Shown here: positions 48,809 to 58,713 of the stretch, piece after piece
Numbering within the stretch: position 1 is the stretch's first letter
Layout of the letters: each line of letters begins with the position of its first letter
Virus record (IMG/VR): IMGVR_UViG_3300020175_000006
From: an uncultured virus (IMG/VR IMGVR_UViG_3300020175_000006)
Lineage: Duplodnaviria > Heunggongvirae > Uroviricota > Caudoviricetes
DNA: 64,000 bases
Reading direction: 5' to 3' (one strand)
Position numbers and translations under genes: made by a program
The notes under the pieces: generated by a model
What the model was told of the DNA's origin: nothing
The model's database searches: none
Seen by the model: the letters and a program-made list of their open reading frames with translations, nothing else

Positions 48809-49115
48809 AATAGAAGAAGTGAGTGTCTAATGCCTTTTTATAATCTTGTAAAGAATTTACCAAAGGAAAGGGTATAATTAAAACTGACCCGTCACTAATG
48901 TTGTTTTCCAACCCACCATATTTTGGGTTAGCCATTAATATTAACCAACCAAAATAAGGAGTACCATAAAATTCTTGGCTTAATTTATCTAACCTACTCT
49001 GTGTCACTTTATAAATAAATTTTTTATCTGTGGGTTTTGCAGGTAATGACACAAACGGTACAACCGTTTGTTTTCCGTTGATTAAGAAGTCTTGATATCT
49101 GTCGTAGTATCTCAT
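48798..49115 (-). CDS. LysM-like baseplate protein (gp53/GpX-like)
   Basis: SRLDKLSQEFYG...WLILMANP...GSVLIIP. Confidence 0.8.
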   Translation of the reverse strand: MRYYDRYQDFLINGKQTVVPFVSLPAKPTDKKFIYKVTQSRLDKLSQEFYGTPYFGWLILMANPKYGGLENNISDGSVLIIPFPLVNSLQDYKKALDTHFFYYGR

Positions 49116-52100
49116 TAGTTAAATGTATATTTTCCGTTAAATTCTAAGTCTGTCCCTGAGTTTATACCATCAGTAAATATTGTATTAAAATAAAACACTT
49201 GATTGCTGTCAGCCTGCGATTGTGGTTTTTGTATGTACGTAAAGTTTCTTTCTTTTTCTAAATTAAATGGATTATACAATGTAAATTTCTGAGAGAATCC
49301 AAACTTTAAAGAAGATATTTCTAGGTCGGACGAACGTTTTAATTCTTTATATACGTCAACCAATCCTGACTGTCCATCAATCGTTATCGGGTCTTGTCCG
49401 TCAAGTGATTCTGATGTGTTAGGGATTATTAACGTATCAAAACCGTATAGAATTTCATTTATATATTTTACCCAATCCTCTTTAAGTATAAGCTCTTCAC
49501 CTAAAATTGTTTTTTTAACAGATTCAGGGTCATTTAATATGTTAAAATACGATGCAGTGCAAAATCTTGTTTGTGGTTCAGTATCATAGTCTTCAGATAA
49601 AAACCCTTGATAAAGGTTGTCTTTCCTTGGGTATTTTCCAAGTTCATCATCAAATAGAATATTATAGAACGCCTCTAAATCTCCCGCAACTGTTTGTATG
49701 TCCGCAATCATTTCTAAATTTGTATTTGCCTGTGATGATGATGGGTCAACAGTACTACTACCTGAGAGTTCAAAAATATCTATACTTCCTGTTTTATTTT
49801 TATACCCATCCGTATTTGCCGTAATTAAATTTGAAATATCGTTTTGTCTAACAAAATCGGTCTGAACATTTAATAAGTCCGTAATTTTACTGTTAAAAAT
49901 ACTTTGAAATACTCCCATCCTTAGATTAATAAAAGATTTTAGATTTTTTTTGAATTTTTTAACATCGCTGTTTTTGAAGTTTTGTTTGTCAATATTAGTA
50001 AATGGACTCTTTAAGAAAGGATTTAAATTGTTATCAATATCTTCTATTAATTTAGTTTTAAGGTCGGATTCTTTATCTTGTAGTTTAATTGGTTTACCAA
50101 AAATTCTTGTAGTAAATCCATCGGAACCGCTTAGGTATCCAGTTGAAGTTCCATTGGTATAGAGTCTATCTTGTGTGAAGTAACACACACCAATCTTAGA
50201 TTGTAATCTGCTTATTGTTTCTAAAGAACTAATTACATTTTGTACATATGCCTGAGATTTTAAAACATAATCTTTCATAAATGATTTATAGTTAATATCA
50301 CCCGTTAAAAAATCTTCAACCTCTGTAGACGTTACCTGTCCTATAGTTTCGCCAGCCTCTTCGGTCCTTTCAACTTTCCCGTCTTTAACTGTAAAGTTAC
50401 TATTCGCCTCTATTTTATCTAACTCGGACCTATCCAAATCTGTAGTATCTTCTGTAGGTACTGAACGTTCATCATATATTTCAGTATTACCAAAATAATT
50501 AAATGAAACCGCATTTTGTAATCTACTAACAGGTTCTTTAAGACCTTGTCCCCCTATAAAATTAAATGACATATTTATATCGGCAATCATTGGTTGAACT
50601 CCTATACCTTCCGGATTTAAATCAAACGTTAATGGTTCATAATTAATACTCATTTGTTGTATAACAATTTTAGTATGATAAAAATCACCTATTCTTAATA
50701 TACAAATAGGTGGTGAACCAAACGCAGTATTTTTTATATCTCCCTGTCTAGGTTTACCGTCTTCACCTATTACCGGTATTGTGTCTCCGGGTCTTAAACA
50801 TTGTTGTAAAAAAGTAAGACGTGAGTTTAGTCCTTCAGGTGTTATTGAGTGAAATGTCGGATGAAAAAAACTAAGTTTATCTTTTATTCCTTGATATACT
50901 TGTGGTGAGTCCTCTTTCATTTTGTTGAAGTAGTCGCACTCGGTTAGTAATTTTTTGACTATTATCTTAGCAACATTTCTTTTTTCTCTCACTTCTTTGG
51001 CTTCTATTTGTCTTTGAACTTCCGTCTTACCTGTAACGGTTTCAGTTATAATTGTTTCTTCAATAATAGGCTCTAAGTCTTGTGGATTGGGTTCTGGTGG
51101 AATTTCCTCAATTGTAGTAGCAAAGGAAACCGCTCTACACCCCATAGCTGCTGTGGAATATATTTTGTCAGCTCCTGTTAATTCTTCACTACACGAAACA
51201 CCATTAATATTTGTGTTTTCACCTACGGTCACTTCAATAATATTTAACTTATCTTGATGCTTGTCTAAATCTGAAAAACTTAAAATATATTTTTTTACTG
51301 AGTCTACCCTTCTTTTACTTAAGGATAAATTGTACGCATCACTATTAGGTGAAGAGGCGGAACCCTCTAATTTTATATTAACTATAGCTCCCTTATCAAT
51401 CGCTTCTTTTATTTTAACACATAATTCTTTTGTTTTTTGTTCAATATTAAAAATATTTTCTTGGAAGAATACTCCAGTAGGTTCTTTTTGGTCCTCATCG
51501 GCGTATGTATAATAATTCGCTTGATTAAGAATATATGCGGATAAATTAGACGAGTAAGACTCTTCGGTGGTGGTTGAGTTTGCGTTTTGGGGGCCAGGAA
51601 CATCATTGTCAAAGTAGAACGAATAACTATAATCATTTGTAGTTATTATGGGTGTATATTCTTCAATGACGGGCTCTGTGGTTGTTATCTGAGTGCTTTG
51701 TATTTCATTTTGAAAATATTCATAGTCAGTGACATTTTGTGTTGTAGTCACAATATCATATATATCTTTAAGAGTAAACTGAGGAAACCTCTGAGCTAAT
51801 TCGTAAATATCATATTTTCTACATCCTGCAAAGAACGAATCAACAATATCATTTATCTTTTGGTTGTCTTTCCCGTCTAATTCTTTATCGACTATAGCGT
51901 TCAATATTGATGGGTGGTCAACAACTATCTTCCAGTTTAAATTACCCTGTCTAGTCGTGTAATTATATGTGTAAATGGGTTCAGGTCTTCCTAAAAATTG
52001 ATTTGTAGTCCAGTCAGCACTATTTTGTTCACTTACTTTCATATCATATGGTGGGAACCACATAATTCTACCACCGTTCGGACCTCTTTCACATGAAGGT

Positions 52101-53872
52101 AAATCTTGTACTGTAAAACCAGGTTTAGAGGATGTTCTCCAAGCTAAATTTTCTATCGAAAACATGTACTTTTTTACCTTTCCGTCTTGAATATTAGTTG
52201 ATTCATTACCTCTCCAAGGTGCGATATTTAAATTATAGGTATTATCCAGTACTGAATATGTGAATTTTCTATTTTTTGTTGTTATACCCTCACTTTTTTG
52301 TAATTCATCGTTACTAAAGTACGGCATATCTTTAGTGAAAACTCTACAATACTCTATTCCTTTAATTTCACCAGTACTTAAGTCTTCGTATTTAAAAACT
52401 GTTGAGCCTTTTGTAATCTCGCGAGTACCGTCATTAAATACTTTTGATACTTGATTTATTGCAGTACCAACGTGTTGTAACCTTGCGTCTCCTTGTAACC
52501 CTTCTGCAGAGTTAATTAACCTTTGTGTGTCGTCTAATATAGACCCTTGAGTAAAGGTGTATTGTGTTGATACACCCGCATCAAATGATGACCTAATACT
52601 CGATGGTGCTTTCTGCGTTTTCTTTTCAAACCTATCCGTTTCAAAATTACTGTCGAAATTGGTATTATCTATATTTCCCCCTATACCTACAAATTTTCCC
52701 GCAGATTTTACACCGTCTAAACTAGTCCATGTAAATCCTCCTTGTAATCTAGGTGCGTCATAATTACTATTGGTTTTGGTGTTAGACCTTAAAAATTTAC
52801 TTCCGTTTAATCCAAATTTAAAATCGTTTGGTCCGTCTTTGGTTTCATATAATTTGGCAATTTCACCATACCCCCTTACTGCGGTTCTTACCTTATTACC
52901 AAATTGGTCTGTGGGTAATTCACCTGCCGGAGCGACCATATCAGTTAATTCTTGTTCTTTACTCCCTACGTAGTAATTTCCGGCGGGAGCTCGTAACCCA
53001 AAACTTCTACTATTTTCGGTATAGTCAGGCGCAAAAACATTTAATGATATACTCTTAAATAATCTTTTAGTTTGTCCCCTACCTGTATTTGATATGAATG
53101 TGTCAGACGACTTTTTATTGGCTTGTGGAAGTAATGTACCTCTACTACTGAATTCACCTTTATTACCTGAAGCCTGATTAATACTAGATTGTTGAGCCAC
53201 TTCACCAAAATAACTTCCTGGTATCCATGAGTATGGTGAGTATATTCCAGAAATTCTACTTATAAAATCTAAACCTTTACCTACTATGTTATTTGGAACA
53301 GAAATTTTCCAGTCACTTTCAATTAATTGTTCATTTCCAGTCGCAATGGCTAACACATCAAAAGGGTCTCCTAACGCATCAAGTATATTTACCCTACCAA
53401 GTGTTTGTTGATAGGTTTCTTCCGCAACTCTAAATTGAAATTGTGTTTTTAGTTGGTTTCCTGCTATTTGAGCTAATGTAGAATCTTGTGCTAGTCTTCC
53501 GTTGGAACCCATAGGGTCTAAAGTTGTCAGTAGAGTAAGTGAGTTGTACGTTGAAGCAACAAACGTATAGTACGTCTCTCGTTGTTCTATTTTTCTTTCT
53601 ATATCTCTAATGTTTATTAAATCATTGAATCCACCTTCAGGTCCATATTGATTTTGTATAAACGCTCTTTTTTGTGCTTGGTCAGTTACTTGAGACTCTT
53701 CGATTCTAATGGCATCTAAAACTGCGACATCGTTAATTGAGAACTCCGAATTACCCGGTGAATCATTACCTTTATAACCTTCAGCATATGGTTCTAAATT
53801 CCTTACTAAAAGTTTTTTTCTAAAACCTTCAGTAGCGCTAAACGTTAATTGACTATTTGATTGGTTCGCCAT
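49115..53872 (-). CDS. Tail-tube-initiator/baseplate protein with inserted OmpA-like domain
   Basis: FPPY...FLGRPEPIYTY and PPICILRIGDFY...PMIADINMSF halves; GSAS...YNLSLSKRRVDSV in between. Confidence 0.6.
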   Translation of the reverse strand: MANQSNSQLTFSATEGFRKKLLVRNLEPYAEGYKGNDSPGNSEFSINDVAVLDAIRIEESQVTDQAQKRAFIQNQYGPEGGFNDLINIRDIERKIEQRETYYTFVASTYNSLTLLTTLDPMGSNGRLAQDSTLAQIAGNQLKTQFQFRVAEETYQQTLGRVNILDALGDPFDVLAIATGNEQLIESDWKISVPNNIVGKGLDFISRISGIYSPYSWIPGSYFGEVAQQSSINQASGNKGEFSSRGTLLPQANKKSSDTFISNTGRGQTKRLFKSISLNVFAPDYTENSRSFGLRAPAGNYYVGSKEQELTDMVAPAGELPTDQFGNKVRTAVRGYGEIAKLYETKDGPNDFKFGLNGSKFLRSNTKTNSNYDAPRLQGGFTWTSLDGVKSAGKFVGIGGNIDNTNFDSNFETDRFEKKTQKAPSSIRSSFDAGVSTQYTFTQGSILDDTQRLINSAEGLQGDARLQHVGTAINQVSKVFNDGTREITKGSTVFKYEDLSTGEIKGIEYCRVFTKDMPYFSNDELQKSEGITTKNRKFTYSVLDNTYNLNIAPWRGNESTNIQDGKVKKYMFSIENLAWRTSSKPGFTVQDLPSCERGPNGGRIMWFPPYDMKVSEQNSADWTTNQFLGRPEPIYTYNYTTRQGNLNWKIVVDHPSILNAIVDKELDGKDNQKINDIVDSFFAGCRKYDIYELAQRFPQFTLKDIYDIVTTTQNVTDYEYFQNEIQSTQITTTEPVIEEYTPIITTNDYSYSFYFDNDVPGPQNANSTTTEESYSSNLSAYILNQANYYTYADEDQKEPTGVFFQENIFNIEQKTKELCVKIKEAIDKGAIVNIKLEGSASSPNSDAYNLSLSKRRVDSVKKYILSFSDLDKHQDKLNIIEVTVGENTNINGVSCSEELTGADKIYSTAAMGCRAVSFATTIEEIPPEPNPQDLEPIIEETIITETVTGKTEVQRQIEAKEVREKRNVAKIIVKKLLTECDYFNKMKEDSPQVYQGIKDKLSFFHPTFHSITPEGLNSRLTFLQQCLRPGDTIPVIGEDGKPRQGDIKNTAFGSPPICILRIGDFYHTKIVIQQMSINYEPLTFDLNPEGIGVQPMIADINMSFNFIGGQGLKEPVSRLQNAVSFNYFGNTEIYDERSVPTEDTTDLDRSELDKIEANSNFTVKDGKVERTEEAGETIGQVTSTEVEDFLTGDINYKSFMKDYVLKSQAYVQNVISSLETISRLQSKIGVCYFTQDRLYTNGTSTGYLSGSDGFTTRIFGKPIKLQDKESDLKTKLIEDIDNNLNPFLKSPFTNIDKQNFKNSDVKKFKKNLKSFINLRMGVFQSIFNSKITDLLNVQTDFVRQNDISNLITANTDGYKNKTGSIDIFELSGSSTVDPSSSQANTNLEMIADIQTVAGDLEAFYNILFDDELGKYPRKDNLYQGFLSEDYDTEPQTRFCTASYFNILNDPESVKKTILGEELILKEDWVKYINEILYGFDTLIIPNTSESLDGQDPITIDGQSGLVDVYKELKRSSDLEISSLKFGFSQKFTLYNPFNLEKERNFTYIQKPQSQADSNQVFYFNTIFTDGINSGTDLEFNGKYTFN

Positions 53873-53887
53873 ACGAATCTATTTTTA

Positions 53888-53895
53888 TATAAATA
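53888..53895 (-). promoter_or_regulatory. TATTTATA motif
   Basis: 15 nt upstream of the 53872 start. Confidence 0.5.
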
Positions 53896-53911
53896 GATTA
53901 GATATTCATTT

Positions 53912-56005
53912 TTAAGCGGAATATGTATTATTAGAATCGGTAAGTATTGTCATTAGTTTACTTGTAAAAGTAGGGTTATTAACAATTTCATTTGCCAATT
54001 GTTCAGATGATATGTTTTGTGGGAGATTTCTTCCGTCAACCGATAAATCTATTTTACCACCCACATTTAGATTAATTTCACCATTAACATTATTGCCGGT
54101 GTCGTCCATATTTTCTAATAAACTAGTTCCACCAATTATTATATCATCTTTCAAGAATCTTTGAACGGGCATTCCAGGTCTAGAAATAAAATCCTGATTC
54201 ACAGGTGAGGTTGTGTCTGCAGATGTGTCAGGTGTTCCGGCAGCCGCATCGTCTATATTTTCACCCAAAAACATAGCAGCATTTGTAGCTAAATCACCAA
54301 CTATATCACTAAAATTACCAAATAGTGTTTTGGCTGTAGTAAGTTGAGATAAAACACTATCAGGTATTAAACCTTCCATTTTAGTTTTAAATTCTGTAAG
54401 TCCACTCTCAGTTGATTGATATGCTGCGGTTATAAAATTCTCAACACTAAGACCAGAATCTTTCATTAAGTTAGTTTCGGGTAACTTATCATTCATATCT
54501 ATAAGTGACGTCTCAATCGCGGTTCCAAATGTAGATGAAATGTTAAATGCGGCATTTTTAAAATGTTTTCTTGCTTCTTCATCTTGAAATCCTTCAGCGA
54601 TATTCTGAGTTAACGCGTTTCCATAAATTTTTAAATTTTCTTCATTAATAGAGGCGTCTAAACCTTCCCTAACAACTTCAGCGTAAGCATCTAAACCACC
54701 TAAAGCATCAATCACTCCATCAGTTTTTACACCCACTAAAGTAGTTGCCGACTTAGCGCTTTGATTGGCCCCCGCAATTTCTTGAAGTGCTGTAAGTTGT
54801 TCCATAGCGATTTCTCTATCGCTCATTTCATTCTTACTTTGTTGCTCTTTTAACGCCTTAAAATCATCTTGATTTAAATCTGCTGCCGATTTAATTGCGG
54901 GAATCATCTTTTTAGTCGCCTCATCAAAAGTAGGTATGGACACTTTTAAGTCACCTCCCTCAATTGTACTCATATTTGCAACTAGTTCTTTAAACTCTTC
55001 AGGAACTGTGGCCGTTCCCAACATATCTAATTTTTTTGTTCTTTCAGCGGCTTTAAATGCGGTTTGAGTCATATCTTGGTAGGACATTCCAGCTAAATTA
55101 GCCGCCTCTCTTAGTCGATACATTTCCGTAACAGGTATATCAAACTCACCAGTTTCCTCATTAAATACTGCAGCACTTTCAGCCATACCAACAACCGCAT
55201 CCATCAATCCTTCAGTGTCTGTCTGAGCTAAATGTAGTAATTTAAATGGGTCACCTAAATCTCCTACAGCACCTCCCAACATCTGAAATCCGGCTGCAGT
55301 TTCTATTGCCGTTTCAGGGTCAAGTAACTTTTCAGAAAGTGAAAACGTTTGGGATACGTCCATCCTTAACGCTTGTGCCTTCGCCACCATACGAGAAAAT
55401 CCTTCTACACCATCTTTAAAATTGTAACTAGATAACATTTTTATGTTACTACCTATATCTTTCATAAACTTACCAACATTAATACCATAATCCCTGGCTT
55501 GTTTTTGCATGTCACTAATTTTTGAGATTGCATCTGATGTACCTACACCAATATTTCTAAATCCTTCAACAATTGGGACTATCTCAGCAGATGTAAGTCC
55601 AGCGTTACGTGCTAAGAGTTGCATATTTTCAACTTGCTCAGAAGATAGTAAAGTATTAACCCCCATTACATCATTTATTTGTTGTATTAAAATTAAGTTC
55701 TCTTCTAATCCAACTCCAAATTTAGTAGTTTCAAATGTGGCTTCAGCCATAGTGGTCATTAACGCATTACCAATCGCACTAGTTTGTCCCATGGACTTAG
55801 TAGTTAGATTAAATGTTAGTTCTTGTAATTTAGCAGTATCTTCTATTACTGATGTCGGCATAATCATCCTCGCTAAACTTGAGGTTATATTTAATACCGT
55901 TGTATCTAAAAGTCCGGCGGCTTTATTTAAGCCGTCCATACCTTTACTAATATCGTTTATCGCGTTTTTAGCGTTATCTGCCGCTTCTCCAATTTTGTTA
56001 GCCAT
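53912..56005 (-). CDS. Tape measure protein
   Basis: Ala/Met-rich helical 697-aa protein downstream of tube and chaperones. Confidence 0.75.
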   Translation of the reverse strand: MANKIGEAADNAKNAINDISKGMDGLNKAAGLLDTTVLNITSSLARMIMPTSVIEDTAKLQELTFNLTTKSMGQTSAIGNALMTTMAEATFETTKFGVGLEENLILIQQINDVMGVNTLLSSEQVENMQLLARNAGLTSAEIVPIVEGFRNIGVGTSDAISKISDMQKQARDYGINVGKFMKDIGSNIKMLSSYNFKDGVEGFSRMVAKAQALRMDVSQTFSLSEKLLDPETAIETAAGFQMLGGAVGDLGDPFKLLHLAQTDTEGLMDAVVGMAESAAVFNEETGEFDIPVTEMYRLREAANLAGMSYQDMTQTAFKAAERTKKLDMLGTATVPEEFKELVANMSTIEGGDLKVSIPTFDEATKKMIPAIKSAADLNQDDFKALKEQQSKNEMSDREIAMEQLTALQEIAGANQSAKSATTLVGVKTDGVIDALGGLDAYAEVVREGLDASINEENLKIYGNALTQNIAEGFQDEEARKHFKNAAFNISSTFGTAIETSLIDMNDKLPETNLMKDSGLSVENFITAAYQSTESGLTEFKTKMEGLIPDSVLSQLTTAKTLFGNFSDIVGDLATNAAMFLGENIDDAAAGTPDTSADTTSPVNQDFISRPGMPVQRFLKDDIIIGGTSLLENMDDTGNNVNGEINLNVGGKIDLSVDGRNLPQNISSEQLANEIVNNPTFTSKLMTILTDSNNTYSA

Positions 56006-56020
56006 TATTAAGTATTATAT

Positions 56021-56028
56021 TATAAATA
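56021..56028 (-). promoter_or_regulatory. TATTTATA motif
   Basis: 15 nt upstream of the 56005 start. Confidence 0.5.
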
Positions 56029-56029
56029 C

Positions 56030-56221
56030 TTATCTTTTAGATTTTACTTTTTCGGACTGTTGTTTTCGTTTATCAAATTCCTCAACTAACTTTCCTATAA
56101 AGTATTTTCTTTCGTATGTAGGCATATTAATTAAGTCGTTATAAGAAAAATTTGCATGACGAGTTAAGTAATATATTTCATCAAGCACAGATACCCTAGA
56201 TTCAGAAGAAAGGCCGAAAAA
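56030..56221 (-). CDS. Tail assembly chaperone C-terminal extension, probably expressed by frameshift from 56202..56957
   Basis: FSYNDLINMPTYERKYF motif; overlaps the upstream gene in the +1 frame; no ATG at its 5' end. Confidence 0.65.
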   Translation of the reverse strand, partial: FFGLSSESRVSVLDEIYYLTRHANFSYNDLINMPTYERKYFIGKLVEEFDKRKQQSEKVKSKR

Positions 56222-56957
56222 ACTCCACCCCAAAGGTGACTCTAACTGTCAACTCTTCTCCTGACGGGGCGTTTAAACTCCTTTCTAAGTCTAATTTTGG
56301 TTCCGAATTAGAAAGGCTATTTCTTATGAATTTAGAATCCATAATTGGTAATTTTATGACGAAGCTTGTTATAAACTCTCTATCGGTGTTGTTGTCTACA
56401 CTTACTATTTGTTTTGATAACCTATTGGTTACTATGGGGGCCGTAACATTGTTTGGGTACTTCTCTAACATATCGTTAAGTTCCTGTACTTCTCCTACCG
56501 TAAGTAGTTTACATTTTACCATATTTCCTGACTTAGGTAGTTTAAATGTAAATGTCCCGTCTTCTTCGGGTTCTTTTTCAAGTTTTTTGAAATTTAGCTC
56601 ATCGAGACGAACCGTATGTTCAAATGAATTATTAGTTTTAGGGTCTCTTAATGTAAAATTATAATCGGGACCAAACGCTGTGTTTCTCAAAAATATTAAA
56701 ATAGCCTCTAAATCACCTTCTAATAAGTCATTAACCTTAACGTCTGGTTCATATATCTTATTTTTAACTAAATCATTTATAATGTTTGGATTTTTACCGT
56801 TTCCGGCAGATACCAAAATATTTTCATCCTGAGCTGTCAGATATCCAATTTTAAGACTCTTTTTTTTGTTTTTATAAAACTTACCCTGCGAGGGAAGTGT
56901 TACCACGTCATGTGGTAAATTAAAGTCTTGTTGTCCATATTGTTTCGCTTCGTCCAT
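56202..56957 (-). CDS. Tail/baseplate hub assembly chaperone (T4 gp26-like)
   Basis: VTLPSQGKFY...YLTAQDENIL...GDLEAILIFLR; lies between tube and tape measure. Confidence 0.75.
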   Translation of the reverse strand: MDEAKQYGQQDFNLPHDVVTLPSQGKFYKNKKKSLKIGYLTAQDENILVSAGNGKNPNIINDLVKNKIYEPDVKVNDLLEGDLEAILIFLRNTAFGPDYNFTLRDPKTNNSFEHTVRLDELNFKKLEKEPEEDGTFTFKLPKSGNMVKCKLLTVGEVQELNDMLEKYPNNVTAPIVTNRLSKQIVSVDNNTDREFITSFVIKLPIMDSKFIRNSLSNSEPKLDLERSLNAPSGEELTVRVTFGVEFFRPFF

Positions 56958-56967
56958 ATTTTTGTGT

Positions 56968-57000
56968 AAAAAAAAACCATAGGGAATAAACCCTATGGTT
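56968..57000 (-). terminator. Intrinsic terminator after tail tube gene
   Basis: aaccataggg/ccctatggtt stem followed by a T-run on the minus strand. Confidence 0.8.
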
Positions 57001-57034
57001 AATTATATAAACTATTATTTTTTTTTCAATAGTA

Positions 57035-57523
57035 TTAGTAAACCAAAATACATCTATCAGGACGTAATGTCGCTGTAATTGTTGCCAATGCGTCATCACT
57101 ATATCCCAAACTATCAAAATTAACATCAGTTAAGAAAGTACCCTGTAGAATCCATTTTTCAACCGCAACTCCTGTAGGGTCTAACATTTCAAGGTCTAGG
57201 TCTTTCTTATAACCAGCTGCGTATCCCATACGACCTGTAACGGACTCTGAGGTTAATCTTACCCATTCCATTAAGGCTTGTGCTGCCGATGGTCCTATGG
57301 GGTCTCTAAACGTCACGTTTATCGTATTCCAAGTAAATCTACCAGCAACATAAGTAGATGTGTTTAAGAAAGGAATCTCAGTTGCGTTAATTTGGACGTT
57401 AGGTCTAGATGTGGACTCAACATACCAAGAGTTAATACCCAATGATGAAGGAAAACTTAGAACAAATCTATTTTTTCTTTTCGGTTCATACGGTACGGGC
57501 ATTTTCATTAATAAATCAGCCAT
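57035..57523 (-). CDS. Tail tube protein (T4 gp19-like)
   Basis: EPKRKNRF, YVAGRFTWNTINVTFRDPI, YKKDLDLEMLDPTG...EKWILQG. Confidence 0.88.
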   Translation of the reverse strand: MADLLMKMPVPYEPKRKNRFVLSFPSSLGINSWYVESTSRPNVQINATEIPFLNTSTYVAGRFTWNTINVTFRDPIGPSAAQALMEWVRLTSESVTGRMGYAAGYKKDLDLEMLDPTGVAVEKWILQGTFLTDVNFDSLGYSDDALATITATLRPDRCILVY

Positions 57524-57558
57524 TGTATTTTGGTTTTAAATTTCGTTGTTTATTTTAT

Positions 57559-57566
57559 TATAAATA
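57559..57566 (-). promoter_or_regulatory. TATTTATA motif
   Basis: 35 nt upstream of the tube gene start. Confidence 0.5.
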
Positions 57567-57644
57567 TCAGTGTTAAACTTTTTTCTCTTTACTTTTACTT
57601 TTTTAATTGTAAAATCCTTAACTAGAGATTAGAAACTAGAATTT

Positions 57645-58496
57645 TTAAACTTCTTTTTTTTCTCCTCCTTTAGTTAAATAAGTTTTTACTGGGCTTTCAT
57701 CTTTATATTCTTTATCTAAAAATGTTTTTATAGATTCTATATTTCCTGGGTCGTCATCAGAAAATCCTATTTGAGGTACAAAGTTATTACTCACATCATT
57801 AGTAAATGATACTTTTTGACCTAATTTTTTACTTTGGTATTTAACGTAATTAATAAACTCTCTTAACGCTTTTATCTTACCTTCCTCCGGATTAGAGGCC
57901 GACCCCTCACCATAAGTAACAGGATAATATTTATTCATATCTAAATATTCTTTTATTAAAAGTTGGTCGTCTTTCATAAGTTCTCCTGATAAATCCCGAT
58001 ATTTTTTTAAGTTTTCTACTAACTTACTTGAGTCTATTCCATTGTGGTTTGTAACAATAAGGTTATAAATAGAGTCTCTTAACACTGACGGAGTGTGACC
58101 TCTAGCAGTAATAATTGCAAATATAGAACCTCCGTTAATACATTCCACAAAATCATTCCATGAAGGACCTGGAGAAGCTAATAAAGAGTCCACTATAAAT
58201 TTCTTATCACCATCTACTCCAAAATTACGATAGGGATTTTCGGAATAACCTACAACAGTCTCATTATTATATTCAAAAGGCTCCACACCAATCTTTTGTC
58301 GATATTCGGCAAAATCTTCAGTAGACATACCTATCTCATTACCTTCATCAGTTTTTAAAATTATTCGAGTCGGCATAACGACAATATTATCATCCCAGTC
58401 AAAAGCATAATACTTTAAGTCAGGTTGACCGTCTTCGATACCTTCACTTATAAATAATTTATTAAGACTTTGATGTATAATACTTCTTAGACTCAT
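57645..58496 (-). CDS. HAD-superfamily hydrolase/phosphatase
   Basis: AFDWDDN (motif I), IITARGH (II), K (III), GFSDDD (IV). Confidence 0.7.
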   Translation of the reverse strand: MSLRSIIHQSLNKLFISEGIEDGQPDLKYYAFDWDDNIVVMPTRIILKTDEGNEIGMSTEDFAEYRQKIGVEPFEYNNETVVGYSENPYRNFGVDGDKKFIVDSLLASPGPSWNDFVECINGGSIFAIITARGHTPSVLRDSIYNLIVTNHNGIDSSKLVENLKKYRDLSGELMKDDQLLIKEYLDMNKYYPVTYGEGSASNPEEGKIKALREFINYVKYQSKKLGQKVSFTNDVSNNFVPQIGFSDDDPGNIESIKTFLDKEYKDESPVKTYLTKGGEKKEV

Positions 58497-58501
58497 GTAT
58501 T

Positions 58502-58639
58502 TTAATTATTTAGATTTTCAATTAATCTCTCTAATTGTGATTCCGTCAAAACAATATTTTGAGGTTTTTCAGAATAGGTCTTAACTCCATTACCATTAAT
58601 TTGTAATGACTCTCTTAGTAATTTTTTTTTAAATTCCAT
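58502..58639 (-). CDS. Small 45-aa protein (below ORF-track cutoff)
   Basis: MEFKKKLLRESLQINGNGVKTYSEKPQNIVLTESQLERLIENLNN; fills the gap and has an A-rich leader. Confidence 0.65.
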   Translation of the reverse strand: MEFKKKLLRESLQINGNGVKTYSEKPQNIVLTESQLERLIENLNN

Positions 58640-58673
58640 TTTTTTATTTTATTAAACGTTTAATTATATGGCT

Positions 58674-58705
58674 AAAAATGGGGGATACTTTTGTACCCCC
58701 CATTT
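58674..58705 (-). terminator. Intrinsic terminator after tail sheath gene
   Basis: aaatggggg...cccccattt stem with T-run. Confidence 0.75.
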
Positions 58706-58713
58706 AATAAATA

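Noticed and set aside
12459..56664. Numerous 60-210-aa plus-strand ORFs in the track
   Set aside because: All lie antisense to well-supported minus-strand genes and have no recognisable motifs
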